Source: the human T2T-CHM13v2.0 reference genome, Homo sapiens. From it: DNA of 64,000 nt. The translations under genes and the position numbers were made by a program. Shown here piece by piece: positions 1 through 12,579 of the stretch. The stretch lies in NCBI GenBank assembly GCA_009914755.4, contig CP068257.2, positions 22,976,001-23,040,000 of the forward strand. Direction: 5' to 3'. The notes beneath the pieces are model-generated. The model was not told where the DNA came from. It did not search any database and was given only the letters and a program-made list of their open reading frames with translations. Numbering within the stretch: the first letter of the stretch is position 1; each line of letters starts with the position of its first letter.

Positions 1-429
1 CGCTTGTTAATAATTTGTAAAAATGAACTTTTAAAGTTCTTATGACAGTACTTAATGTTTTTCTCCTTAAACTATGGAAAGACTGTCCTATTTAATAAAA
101 TAATCCAAATCTGAAGACGTCCATATATTTCCAAAACATACTTTCTTGAAAACCTCCATTACATTTCTTATAATGTGACAATTTTCTTGAAAAGGGGTGT
201 GTTCTCTCCTTTTTATGATTCTAACTACTTAAGTGGAATAGTTTTCAGAATTTTCTTCCCATTGTTAATAACTGTATATATATAATTTTGAATACAAGAT
301 CAGTTTCTCTCACTACTTTGACCACAGTGGTGACTAGAAAATAATGTAAATAGATCATTATTCTAATTTGGCAAGAGTATGCTTAACATATTCCTAGATA
401 ATTTCATGCATATTTTATTAGTAAAGTAA

Positions 430-763
<334 letters not shown>

Positions 764-852
764 CAAATTTTTAACATAAGCAGTTTTAGCTTTATGGATT
801 TCAGAAGTGGTTGTTAGATACAAAAAGTGATTAGTACAGCATGACTATAATT

Positions 853-876
853 TTATTATTATTATTATTATTATTT
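853..876. repeat. (TTA)n microsatellite
   Basis: ttattattattattattattatt seen directly. Confidence 0.9.
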
Positions 877-3138
877 TGAACACAATAGCTCTAAAATTCT
901 CCAAATTTTTAAAGCATATCTTGTTGCTTAAGGGTACATGACATGGACTATATTCCTAGATGCATTTAGGGCATTTATACTCAATTTTCAGGGCAACGAA
1001 TACCCTCTCCTTAAACGCTTTCTGGAATCCTCTGTCCCAAAAAAATGAATAGTCAACTTTTAAAAGAAGTAACAATTTATTTTATAAATTGAGACTTCCT
1101 GTGAGTCAAGTTATTTTGAAATAAAATCTTAAAATTAGAATTTAAGTGCACAGTCTTAAAAATACTAATGTACAGTTTTTAAAAGCTCTCTTATGAAACT
1201 TTTCTGTGAAGTTAAAAGAAAATATTTTCTGTGGCATCAAAAGGTATTAGAAGCCGTTTGATTTCTTTTGTATTTTCATTTATTTTGTGCTTATATTTTT
1301 GTTCTGCTTTTAATGTACCATGATAATCTAACATACAAAATACTCATATCCTTAGAGAGAATTCAATAGTAATAACTGTGTATTTTACTAAAATTTAAAA
1401 AAACATACAGGCCAACAAGAGCCTAATCTGATCATGTTATTTTATGGAGAATTCATAAAGGTGACACTTTGAGAGGTGTACTTTTCTGAAATGACAGGTA
1501 TTGTTATCCTCCAAAGTGGTTCACGAATGTAATCAAGGATTCAGTTACTTAAGAAGCCTTTTAGAATTTACTAAAATAACAGAAACCTGCGTTATACCTC
1601 TAAATTCATGGAAAGTTTCTTTTTATTTATCCTAGTTTTCTTGTTTTTATTCTAAGTTTATAGCTATAATTTTTCTAAATGTCACACTGACATTATCTGT
1701 CTCTCTCTAGAAGAAACCCCAGGCTCCATGAAAAAGTGCTCTGTCGATTTCTCTCATCATTGTACTCCGATGACTAACGCAATGCCAGGCAAATCAGAAT
1801 AAGCAATAAATATTGTTGGGTGAATGGTTGAGTGTTCTCATTACCGCAAACAAATTAAGTTGATTTTTCACAGAATTCTTCAGGTATGGAAATCATTCTA
1901 TTTTAAGGTCAGAAACCAAGCAGAAAAACAAAATCTAATAAAATCTTAGTTATATTTCTTATTAAGGTATAAAACTCAGAAATGTGTTTTCAATTCTACA
2001 CGGTTACCTCATTTTAGAATTTATTGTGATTCAAAATTTTAGCATTTGCACATTTGTACAATATTGCCTCCTGCATAATCACTGTAAATGCATTTAATTA
2101 CATTCAAATCACAACATTAAAAAGTATCATAAGTGTATGGTAGTATGTTAGAGAAAAAACATAATGAACTGACTGGAAATTGTTAGGAACAATGTAGATT
2201 ACATTTTAATTAATCTACTATTAAAATTTGTTTTCTCTCACCATGTGTTGTGAAACACTGCTATGTATTTACTTCATATTGGAATCACAATTTGCTCATG
2301 ATTTCAAATCTATTATTACATGTGTTACATGAGAATATTTAAACAGTGCAATCTACCTTAATTATTTATTGTCCTATATGCATATTGCAGAAGATCTGAA
2401 AATAATTCATTTTTTACATATGTAAAACAATCTCTAAGTTAGATAAACAGCATAGCCATCCTGGGTAGCTTGAGGAGTGATAAAAATAAAACAATCACCT
2501 ACTATCAGCAACAATAAAAGCCTATTTGTTCTTAAAGTAAATTCCAGTTTAGATAAAATAACTTAAGGTGCAGTGTCACATGGGCTATGAACAATCTTGC
2601 TTTTGAAATTACTGCTCTTTTATAAAACTGAATCTATATGCAAGTGAGGACTGTTATAACAGCTTAAGTAATGGGCTCATTTAGTGATGAAATGTTTCTA
2701 TAGTTCAAATATTTAGTATTTTACACAGCATCTGTTTTGTCACATAAATGTTCTCCAGTCATTAACGTACGTACTGGACATAAATCTTTTTTTCTGGGGA
2801 TTATATTACTTGATTGTTATTAAGGTCTTCAGTTAATATGTGCCCTGTGAATTTGTTAATATTATCCCAAGCCATAGAGCAAGTCAGCCAAGCCAAATCC
2901 TAAGCAGGATACTAAACCCTTCTCACGTTTAACCCCCATTTTCAGTCATATTCCTATTTAATATTCAATATTCATTCTAGTACACTCATTATATGTCACA
3001 AATTACTCCACGTCTCTCCATATCAACTGTGACTGTCTTTGTTAAATTTCTCATTGTTTAAACTAGATCATTCAATAATCTGATAGAGTCATACCTTACT
3101 TTATTGTGCTTTGCTTGATGTGTTTCACAGATACCATG

Positions 3139-3156
3139 TTTTTTTTTTTTTTTTTT
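3139..3156. repeat. poly(T) tract of about 18 nt
   Basis: Homopolymer T run with no Alu body next to it. Confidence 0.8.
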
Positions 3157-3510
3157 ACAAATTGAAGGTTTGTGGCAATTCTGTGTCAAGCAAGTCTATG
3201 GGTACCAATTAGTTCAATAGCATGTGCTCACATCATGGCTCTTGTGAAATTTTGGTAATTCTCACAATAAGTTAAACTTTTTAGTTATTATTACATCTAT
3301 TCTGGTAATATGTGATCAATGATCTTTGATGCTACAATTGTAATTGCTTTGGGGCAGTGTGAACTGTGCCTATAAAAGACAGCAAACATAATTTATAAAT
3401 GTTGTATGTGTTCTGACTGCTCCACTGACCAGCCGTTCCCCAATCTCTCTCCCTTTCATCGGGCCTCTCTGTACCCTGAGACACAATCATATTGAAACTA
3501 GACCAATTAG

Positions 3511-3821
<311 letters not shown>

Positions 3822-3837
3822 CTAGACCAATTAACAA

Positions 3838-5642
3838 CCTTACAATGGCTTCTTAGTGATCAAGTGAAAGAAAGACTGGTATGTCTCTCACTTTAAATTA
3901 AAAGCTAAAAATGATTACGTGTAAAGAGGACGACACATTGATAGTTAAGATCAATGAGTGCTAGACCTCTTTGGCCAGTTAGCAAAGTTGTCAGTGTAAA
4001 GGAAAATTATTGAAGGAAGTTAAAAGTGCTACTCCAGTAAACACATGAATAATATCAGCTTTGTTGCTGATACGGAGAAAGTTTGAGGGGTCTGGATAGA
4101 CGATCAAACCACCATAACATTCCCTTATGCCAAAGCTAATCCAGAGCAAGGCCCTAACCCTCTTTAATTCTATGAAGGCTGAGAGATGGAAGTGAGCTTC
4201 AGCAGAAAAGTTTGTAGCTACATGAGATTGGTTAATTAGATTTTAAAAAAATCTAAATTCTTTACGCAATCTCCATAACATAAAAGTACTAGGTGAACTA
4301 GCGTAGTAAGGGTTAATGTAGAAGCTCAGCACATTATCCAAAAGATCTAGCTAAGATTGTTGATGAAGGGGGCTACAGCAAACAATAGATTTTCAATGTG
4401 AATGAAACATTCTTCTATTGGAAGATACCATCTAGTACTGTCATAGCTAGAGCCAAGTCAATGCCTGGCTTCTAAACTTCAAAGGACAGGCTAACTTTCT
4501 AGTTAAGAGCTAATACAGCTGATTAAGTTGAACCCAGTGCTCATTTATCATTCTGGAAATCCTAAGGCCTTTAAGAATTATGCTAAATCTGCTCTGCCTG
4601 TGCTCTATAAATGGAACAACAAAGCCTGGGTGACAGTACTCCTCTTTACAGCAATGGTTTACCTAATATTTTAAGTCCACTGTTGAGACTTACTGCTCAG
4701 AAATAAACAATTCCTTTCAAAATATTACGGCTTATTCACAATGCACCTATTCACTAAAGAGATACCAGGAGTTTAAGGTTGTTTTCATGTCTACTAATAC
4801 AACATCCATTTTGTAGCGCATTGATCAAAGAGTAATTTCAAATTTCAAGTCTTGTTATTTAAGAAATACATTTTATGAGTCTATAATTGGCATAGGCAGT
4901 AATTCCTTTGACGTATGTTGGCACGGTACGTTGGGAAGCTTTTGAAAGGAATTCATCATACTAAATGCCTTTAAGAACATTTGTGATTCATGGAAAGAAG
5001 TCAAAACATCAACATTAATAGGAGTTGGAACAAGTTTGATTGCAACATTCACACATTACTTTTTGGGGTTCACAACTTCAAAGGAGAAAGTAACTGCAGA
5101 TTTGGTGAAAACAGCAAAACAACTAGAATTCAAAGTGGAGCACGAAGATGTGACTGAATTGCTACAATCTCATGATAAAACTTGTACAGATGAGGAGTTA
5201 TTTATTACTCTGGGTAAAATACTATCAAAAAGCACTGCATGCTACAGAGAACTTTTTTTATAAAAGGAAGTGTCAATTAATGTGGCAAACTTAATTGTCT
5301 TGTTTTAAGAAATTGCTACAACTACCCCAATCTTCAGCAACCATCATCCCCATCAGTCAGCAGCCATCATCACTGAGGCAAGACTCTCCACCAGCCAAAT
5401 GGTTAAGACTAGCTGAAGGGTCAAATGATTGTTAGCATTTTTTGGTAATACATTATTTTTCTTTAAGGTATATACATTATTTTTGCAGACATAATGCTAT
5501 TGCACACATAATAGATTATAGTATAGTGTAAATATAACTTTAATATGCACTGGGAAACCAAAAATTTGTGTTACTCTGTTGCAATATTTACTTTGTTCAA
5601 GTGGTATGGAACAGAACCGGCAATATCTTCTGGGTATGCTTG
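3838..5642 (+). mobile_element. Tigger1-like (pogo/Tc1-mariner superfamily) DNA transposon; the 5' boundary is uncertain and may extend upstream of the Alu at 3511
   Basis: A decayed transposase reading frame starts near atggcttcttag at about 3845. Long stretches match remembered Tigger1 transposase sequence (ctccataacataaaagt..aggtgaa, gatctagctaagat.attgatgaaggtggctaca..aaacaa, tgactgaattgct.caatctcatgataaaacttg). The 3' end closes on the Tigger terminal inverted repeat ...ccggcaatatcttctgggtatgcttg, followed by a TA dinucleotide. Confidence 0.75.
5036..5263 (+). pseudogene. Relic of the C-terminal part of the Tigger transposase ORF
   Basis: The 75 aa track ORF lies inside the Tigger1-like element and reads ...VTADLVKTAKQLEFKVEHEDVTELLQSHDKT...DEEL..., which fits the Tigger1 transposase C-terminus. 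It is an isolated fragment with the frame broken upstream. Confidence 0.6.
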
Positions 5643-5865
5643 TAATTGATTCTTCAGCCTGAAGTTTGTCCTAATTCCATTCTATACTCCTCCATGCTTT
5701 CAAATTTACGTACACATACTGAAGTGCACAATTATGATCTGAAGAGAAGAAGGACATTTAAAATCATCATCACAACAATAAGAGTTGACAACCTGGCAAG
5801 ACTGAGATCACTGAAATCAACGAGTTGATTGCAAAGAGGATCAAGCCAATTATAAAGCAAGTTTA

Positions 5866-6258
<393 letters not shown>

Positions 6259-6584
6259 TAATTCAATTTCCCAGGAAACGACATGGATTTTTTTAAGAAA
6301 GCAGAAGTCAGTACAGCTATTGTCATACTTTAATTTTACCACTTGCTAGCAAGTATTATCTCAGGTGAGTTAATTGCCTTATTTATTTAGCAAATATAAT
6401 TGAATTTCTACTATTTATCCGAGTCCAGGCCCTGGTCTAAGATCTGGAGATTCAAAGATAGATTTCTTTAGTTTGGAGTATTTTTCTCACTTAAAATGTT
6501 TAGTGTGATTATTTCAATTAATGAAATATCAAATACTATATACTTCCCTCAAATATAGTGAGGTCAAGTCATATATGTGTAAAC

Positions 6585-6610
6585 ATCTATATCTATCTAT
6601 CTATCTATAC
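6585..6610. repeat. (TCTA)n microsatellite
   Basis: atctatatctatctatctatctatctat seen directly. Confidence 0.9.
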
Positions 6611-8400
6611 ACACATGTATATATGAATTTTTAAAATTTTCATTATACGAAAGTTGTTTTCTCTTTTTGTGTTGTTCTTTCTCTCATGTGGCCAGACTAT
6701 AAGGTTGAATGAGGCAATGAAAACCTGTGTGCTTGAAGGATAATGGTAAGAAATCACTGTTCTTATCCCTGGCTTTTGAGGGATATGTTGGTATGTTTAA
6801 TATCCCACGAGATTGAACTGGCATAATCAACTTTAATTATCAACTCTTTGTCAGGTATCCCAATTCTTGTAAAAGGCATCAGTACCTAAGAAAACCAGAG
6901 GGAAAGACACGTGGAAACAAAAATACCCTGCACAGCTCTAATCTTGCTTCCCAGGTCAAAGTGTGGAGGGGGAGAATGATTAAAGTGCCTAGGAATCTTT
7001 TAAATATCAGTTTGTTTACCCAAATTAGAAAAATGATAAATAGGTTATTGAGACTAGCGTCTTGATCTGAAAATAAACACACGTCTTTTTGGAATATACC
7101 TTTTTCTACAGATTAGTTAACTGTTCAATCCGAGGTTACAGATTTTGTGAACATGAAGTATGGTGAAAGAAAAGAAACAAACCAGAGCTTCAATCTAATT
7201 AGTTATGGTTAAAATGTATGCAAATTTGATTTTACTTTTGTTTAGGTGTTTTCTTTCAGTTCTCTGTAATGAGTGATACAAACCTAAAAGTAATCTTTTC
7301 AATCTCCCATAGTGCCTCAAGCCTTCCCAATCAGCGGATGATCTTGTCTTCCATGTCAGATATTGTTGCAAACTTCTTAAAAAACTTTGGGATCACATGG
7401 GCCTGAATTAAAACTCCCATCTTCGGCTTTGTAATATAAGATCTAGGGCAAGTTATTTAAACCATGTGTAGCTTAATGTCCTTGTTCTCTTAACCCAAGA
7501 ATAGAAAGTTCTAAAAATTATTATTTGTTTTTCCATTTCTATATCTATATATATCTTTACCTTTTCTTTTAATTATAGAAAGTGGGGAAAGGAACTATAT
7601 TTATTCTCTCTTAAGACCTCCCTTTGTGCTCTTGATTTCTTCCCTTGCTGCTTTCTAAGAAATGTTGTTTTCTATTATATTTTTGTTTTCTTTTTAAAGA
7701 TTTCTTCATTCTCTCTTGCCATTTGAAACTACTTCTTAGTCTACAATATGGTCAGGCATCCTTCCTTATTTTCTATTGATTTATCACCTCACTATACTAT
7801 AGCCAATCTCTTTATTGCAAAAATGATAAAATATTAATATAGTCCTACCATCTCTATATTCTCACTTGTTAGTGTACTTTATCGTAAATTCTGCCTAATA
7901 CATCTTTTCTAGAAACTGTCTTGCTCAGTTCACCAATGGAAACTTAATATCAAAACATAATGATTTTTTATTTTTCTTTATTTACATTTACCACTGATTA
8001 TAAGTTAAGCATCTTGTTCTTAAAATTTTCTTCTTCTGTGTCCAAGACTTTGATTAGTTCTGGACTTATATTTTACATTTTCTAAATTAATTTACCCCGG
8101 TGTCAATACGTTTTATAGTCCAAATGCATCAGCATATTAGTTTCTCTAAATTCTAATCTTCTTCAGTTTAACTATTTCAAGCATTTTTTCTCGCATAGAA
8201 TCTGACTTCATGGTTTTAAATATTATCAGGAAGACTGTTACATAAATATCTCAGTTTAACTCTTTTCTCCGTATTAGATGATCTACTTATCTATTGATAA
8301 TTTTTTTCCGTGATCCATAGGTGCTTTAAATTTACCTTTGGAGTTTCTATCGGAAATATCGATATGAAATAGCTGTTATGATAGTAACATAGATATGTCT

Positions 8401-8875
8401 GTGGTAGAATAGCTGTCCCCAGAGATGTCTGTATACTAATTCACAAAAGCTATGAATATGTGGCCTCATGTGGAAAATAAGTTGTATACAGGTGTGATTA
8501 AGTTAAGGGAAATTATCCTGAATTATACCAGCAGGCCCTGCAACCACAAGCATCCTTAAGAAGTGAAGGCAGGAGTGTCAGAGTCAGACGAGATCTGATG
8601 ATGAAAGCAGAGGTCAGATTAAGGCCAGGAAGGACTAACATGGCAAGAAATGCAGATGATATATAGACGCTGCAAAAGGCAAAAATTTCACAAAGGCAAA
8701 ATGATGATATATAGAAGCTGCAAAAAGCAAACATTTTGCAAAGGCAAAAATTTCCAGAAGAAACACAGCATACGCGACGCCTTGATTTTAGAACTGCTGA
8801 TCCCTGAAACACTGAGATAATGAATTTCTATTGTTTCAAGTCACTGCATTTATGATAATTAGCAATAAGAAACTG
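8401..8875 (+). mobile_element. MLT1-family MaLR LTR (candidate 5' LTR of a MaLR element)
   Basis: Matches remembered MLT1 consensus landmarks: tgtcccc..a.atg.....cttacatggaaaa, gattatcctg.att.t.c.g, gtgtcagagtcagac..gat.tgatgatgaaagcagaggtcaga, and the 3' end ctattgtttcaagtcactgcatttatgataat..gcaa.a..aactg. Confidence 0.6.
8648..8760. repeat. About 45-50 bp direct tandem duplication inside the LTR
   Basis: gatgatatatagacgctgcaaaaggcaaaaatttcacaaaggcaaaat is followed by gatgatatatagaagctgcaaaaagcaaacattttgcaaaggcaaaaat. Confidence 0.8.
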
Positions 8876-10423
8876 GTTTTGATACTGAAAGTGGTATGCT
8901 GATATAATAAATGTATACTTAGCATATGATTTGCATTTCATAATAAATATAACAAAAATGTGGATGTAATTGTGGACTTGGGCAGTGGGCAGAGGCTGGA
9001 AAATCTTGAGAAACATGACGGTAAAAGCCTAGATTGCCTTAAACAGATTATTTGTAGAAATGGTTCACAAATCTGCTGGAGTGCTCAATGTGAGAAGCAT
9101 AGTAAAGATAAATACATAAGTAAATAAATAAGGGGGTGTGTGTGTGTGTGTGTAGATTATAAACTGACTGTAGAAATATGAACATAAAAGTAACCACTGG
9201 TGAGGGCTAGAGGAAATGGTGATCATGGTATTGGAAATTGGATGAAAGGAAATCTTTGCTATACAGTTGCAGAAACTTTGGAGAATTGGGCCTTACAGCT
9301 ATGCAGAAAGCAGAAATTTTTCACAGTGAACTTGTATATTTAGCTAAAGAGATTTCCAAGCAAAGTGCTGAATGTGTAGACTGGTTTATTCTTGCTGCTT
9401 CTGTGAGAATGTGAAAGGACAGAGGTCGTTTGAGGAAAGAACTGAAAAGAAAACAAGAAACAGAGGCTTGATAATTTGGGTAATTTTCACATTGCAAAAG
9501 ACACTGCCATTAGAAAACTCACTGTTAAGAAAGTTGGCTGTGAAGAGAAGGCCAGGGTGTGGCTCTACAACCTTTTGCTAATGTGTAGAAAGAATCAAAA
9601 GGCCAGAATATTCCATCACACAGAGGGTTTTCTGAAGAAATTAGACATGTGACTTACAGATCCCTCAGCCACTAAGCAGAGCCAAGAACAGAGATGATCT
9701 TATGCAGAAATATCTATAGTGAAGCCTATTGTCCAGTGGAATGAATCCCCAAAACACTTATTGGAAAAACACATGAATCTTAAGGCTGTTGCATTAGCAG
9801 AAACATTGCCAGCTGAAGCTAAAAGGAACAGAGAGAAGAAACAATGAAAGAAGGCTGTTGAACTCTCAAAGTTCTGTAGACAGGAAATAGGTAGGTAAAA
9901 TTATTTAACTGTGAACACATACTATCCTTCATTAAAAAGGAAGGATGACTCGCAGGACGGAGCAACAGACCCAAAAGCTCAGAGAAATAGCTGAGACTTA
10001 AAGAGGATTATTTGTAGACCATGGAACCTAATGAAGTTTTCCCTGCTGGATTTTGAAATTGCATAAGAACTATGATTCCTTTTTTTCCCCTCTATTTTCT
10101 TCTTTTTTGAAAAGAGAATGTCTATAAGTGTATCCTGTGCTAGCCCAAGCATTGGATTTTGGAAGACAACTTGCTTTCTAATTTTATAGATCCACAAGAA
10201 AAGAGAAATTTTGTTCCAAAATGGATCATATCCAACGCCTCACATATTTCATATTTAGATAATTTACATGATGAAATTTGAAACTTTTGAGTGGGTGAGA
10301 TCTAGATGAAATTTTGCACCTTTAGTTGATGTTGTAATAGGTTGAGACTTTTGAATATGTTTGGATAGGTAAATATAGTTTGCATGTGGAATGAATGTGA
10401 ATATTTGGAGGTCAGAAGGCTAT
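8876..10423 (+). mobile_element. Putative MaLR internal region between two same-orientation MLT1 LTRs
   Basis: Inferred only from its position between the two flanking LTRs. It has no long ORF and I cannot recognise the internal sequence itself. Confidence 0.3.
9136..9154. repeat. (GT)n microsatellite
   Basis: gggggtgtgtgtgtgtgtgtgtgtag seen directly. Confidence 0.9.
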
Positions 10424-10894
10424 GTGTGAAAAAAAAGTGCCCCTTGTCCCCCAAAAGATCTCCCTGTTGTAACCCTTGACATTTTTTAATACATTAACTT
10501 ACATGGCAAAATGGACTTTGCAGATATGAATAAGAAAGTATCTTGAGATGGGAAGATTATCCTGGATTATCTGGGTGTGCATGGTATAATAGAAAACCTA
10601 GTGTAAACCAAAGAGGGTGGCAGAAAATGACAGTCAATAGGAGATGCGAAGATGGAAGCAGAGATCAGAATGATGAAAGAAAAAATACAGGAGACTAGGA
10701 ATGCAAGTGACTTTTAAAATCTAGAAAAAGCAAGTACACTAATTCTTCCCTACATATTGTAGAAGGAATAAAACTTTGCTTACTCATTTTAAACTTCTGA
10801 CCTTCAGAACTGTAAGATGATAAATATTAATATGTTTAGTTTCACTATAAAGAGTTTATAATTTACTATAGCTGCAATAGGACACTAATACAAC
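10424..10894 (+). mobile_element. MLT1-family MaLR LTR (candidate 3' LTR)
   Basis: cccttgtcccccaaaagatctccctgttgtaaccc, cttacatggcaaaatggactttgcagat, tcttgagatgggaagattatcctggattatctgggtg, gcagagatcagaatgatgaaag, and the 3' end cttcagaactgtaagatgataaatatt..tttagtttcactataa...gctgcaataggacactaatacaac. Built like the LTR at 8401-8875 and in the same orientation. Confidence 0.6.
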
Positions 10895-11251
10895 TTACAC
10901 TTCATTACTTATACCTCATGGTTTTGATGATCACCTGTCAATCAAAAGACTACATTAGCTAAAGCATTAGTCCTAATTTGCTCACCTATACCCCAAGTGT
11001 AAAGACAGGTCTTACCTCCTCAGCATACATTTTAATTTATAAGGCCAACCCAGAACCTACCCATGAGAGAGAGCAAAAGTTAATAAGGTCAGTAGCAATT
11101 ACCATAAATTTTATTAAGAAATTTCTGTGAAGTTGAAATCATTAATTCCATTAAGTGGAAATTATTCTAAAAGAAATTGAGTCAAGGGTTGTCTTCCTTA
11201 CCCATGTTCCAGAAAATAGATGATCATAAAGACGTCCATTTAACAAATTAC

Positions 11252-11945
11252 TTATGTATACTTATACATATGTAAGCAATATACAAGTATTTTATTATAC
11301 ATAAGTAACATATACATAACATTTATCATAAAAGTATATTTTATAACATAGTATAAAAGTATAATATTTTGTAGCATATTACAAAAGTAATTTATACAGT
11401 ATATAAGTAACATATATAACACATACATTACATAAGTAACATATATAACATCATGAAAGTATATTTTATAACAGTATAACATTTATTATGTTATAGCATT
11501 ATTATATATGTCATAACATTTATTATATATTATGACATATACATTTATTATATATTATAACATATATAATGTTTATTACATGTCATAACATATATAACAC
11601 ATATATGTTATAACTAACATATATAACATTTATTATATACATTATAACTAACATAGATAACATTTATTATACACATTATAACAGATATAACATTTATTAT
11701 ATACGTTATAACTAACAGATATAACATTTATTATATACATTATAACTAACATATATAACACTTACATATAACATTATATGTAATGTTAACATTATATATG
11801 TTATATATATAACATACATAACACTTAACATATATAACACTTATATATGTTACTTATATAATGTATACATTACATTTATAATATGTATATAACTTTTAAT
11901 ATGTATATAACTTAATATATAATATGTATATAACTTAATGTTTAA
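11252..11945. repeat. AT-rich minisatellite / tandem repeat with a unit of about 34 bp (aacatttattatatacattataactaacatatat)
   Basis: At least four near-perfect tandem units sit at about 11620-11770. Diverged copies of the same unit extend across the whole interval. The ORF at 11252-11482 is a repeat artefact. Confidence 0.85.
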
Positions 11946-12453
11946 GTATTTTATTTGGGGGATGCTAATATAAATAAATTTTTTCTCCACTTATAAGTTT
12001 TGATGAGAATGATGGGGATAATGAAACCAACATCTTCTGTGAAAGTTTCTTTGATTAATATCCCTTTGGAATAAGAAAAAATTAATTCATATTGGAATTT
12101 CTCAGTTATTTTTAATCTATTACATCTTCATATAATATGTAATTTAATTTGAAAATCAATCCCAAAGGTTTTGGAGTCAATCAGGCACATACTCGGCATC
12201 CAAATTCTTAAAAGAAAAAAAAATTGTTTCCTATTTGGCTGGTTGTTTAATCAGGGGAATTAAGAATATCTATCAAAACGACACATGCATGTATCCTCTG
12301 ATCACAAAATGTAACTTATAGGATGTTTTATATCAAATATACACACTATTATTAAATGCAACACTATTTGCAATAACAAAATATAGAAAATAAGATAAGA
12401 ATTCATTTCTGTAAAATATTAGGGTTCTGTGGAGACTGGAGAAACAGTAGGAT

Positions 12454-12485
12454 GTGTGTGTGTGTGTGTGTTTGTGTGTGTGTGT
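12454..12485. repeat. (GT)n microsatellite
   Basis: gtgtgtgtgtgtgtgtgtgtttgtgtgtgtgtgt seen directly. Confidence 0.9.
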
Positions 12486-12579
12486 ATTATGAAACTGAGT
12501 TACATAATTATGGAGGCTAAATCCAAATCTTCGGTCTTGCACAGATAGGCTAGAGACCTAGAACATCCAATGGTATAAA

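Noticed and set aside
5036-5263. 75 aa ORF with a protein-like composition, possibly a small gene
   Set aside because: It is an isolated relic of the Tigger1 transposase C-terminus inside a decayed DNA transposon. The frame is broken upstream. It is reported as a pseudogene fragment, not a gene.
11252-11945. Regularly spaced direct repeats that could resemble a CRISPR array
   Set aside because: The units are contiguous and degenerate with no unique spacers. The sequence is extremely AT-rich and sits in primate DNA surrounded by Alu and L1. It is a minisatellite, not CRISPR.
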